Of a stretch of DNA of 64,000 nt, positions 63,785 to 64,000 are shown in pieces. Every line of letters starts with the position of its first letter. The first letter of the stretch is position 1. The notes under the pieces are model-generated. The model was not told where the DNA came from. It saw only the letters and a program-made list of their open reading frames with translations, and made no database searches. The translations under genes and the position numbers were made by a program. Origin of the DNA: an uncultured Actinomycetes bacterium (GTDB taxonomy: Bacteria; Actinomycetota; Thermoleophilia; Solirubrobacterales; 70-9); contig CAVUPJ010000005.1 in NCBI GenBank assembly GCA_963743455.1, forward strand, positions 28,946 through 92,945, written 5' to 3'.

Positions 63785-64000
63785 CTACTCCGAAAGCCCG
63801 GCGGCTTCGAGGGCCTCGTCGCGGTCGCGGTAGACGCTCACACGCACGATCATTCCGTCTCGGAGCGTGAGCACGCCGAACCGGGGTTCGACCAGCGTCA
63901 TCCCGCTGCCCTTCCACCTGACGGTCAGTTCAGCTACCGCGATGACCTTGTCACCTCCGAGGTCCACGAGCTCGTTGAGGGTCATACCGGAGTCGTCACT
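63785..64000 (-). CDS. NTF2-like family protein, array unit 1 (C-terminal part; N-terminus lies beyond the window)
   Basis: ORF 63785..63985 is ..DLGGDKVIAVAELTVRWKGSGMTLVEPRFGVLTLRDGMIVRVSVYRDRDEALEAAGLSE. Confidence 0.7.
   Translation of the reverse strand, partial: SDDSGMTLNELVDLGGDKVIAVAELTVRWKGSGMTLVEPRFGVLTLRDGMIVRVSVYRDRDEALEAAGLSE

Noticed and set aside
61400-64000. Regularly spaced roughly 55-nt repeats every 390-440 nt; considered as CRISPR or another spacer-repeat array
   Set aside because: The repeat spans a stop codon, 3 nt and a start codon, and the intervals are paralogous NTF2-like coding units. The period is far too long for CRISPR spacers and there is no cas context.

Overview
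This is a high-GC (about 70 percent by eye, not computed) actinobacterial-type chromosomal segment. Gene content (YrbE/Mkl, MMPL, MihF, LLM oxidoreductase, WS/DGAT, split LigD, PPK2) suggests a Thermoleophilia or Solirubrobacterales-like lineage, but that is a guess. I can support about 70 protein genes.

Gene order from left to right:
- YrbE-YrbE-Mkl ABC module, MMPL/RND exporter, thioredoxin-like protein and B3/4 protein.
- Two hypothetical genes and mihF.
- SPT-like alpha-oxoamine synthase, divergent from a long GNAT.
- AlkA-like glycosylase.
- A TPP-riboswitch-controlled ThiXYZ-like ABC operon ending in DUF4396.
- MoxR/VWA pair, then PPK2.
- amt-glnK-glnA.
- A 7-repeat Cys-loop beta-propeller gene.
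- A long minus-strand operon: ECF sigma, anti-sigma, cupredoxin lipoprotein, WS/DGAT, PAS, MBL hydrolase.
- GGDEF/HD-GYP protein, and a 47-aa DUF5679 zinc-ribbon gene missing from the ORF track.
- Rhodanese, then thiolase.
- DrrAB-like ABC-2 exporter and an acyl-CoA dehydrogenase.
- CapA, and LigD ligase and polymerase as separate convergent genes.
- Crotonase, PaaI thioesterase, pyruvate kinase, P-type ATPase.
- OpuC-type osmoprotectant ABC system.
- LLM oxidoreductase, then PntAA and PntAB-PntB.
- A glycoside hydrolase with Ig-like repeats.

From about 57.2 kb to the end the sequence looks like an accessory or degraded region with visibly lower GC. It holds a 72-nt gene-fragment duplicate, a tyrosine-integrase C-terminal remnant, a PD40 propeller protein, a tRNA-Val(CAC) 3' half, small membrane genes and a tandem array of at least 6 NTF2-like paralogs.

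I saw no rRNA, intact tRNA, CRISPR array or transposase.

Major caveat: by hand count, at least about 60 reading-frame breaks interrupt otherwise conserved genes, including glnA, amt and pyk. Most CDS coordinates below therefore join pieces from two or more ORF-track frames, and several starts and stops are approximate.
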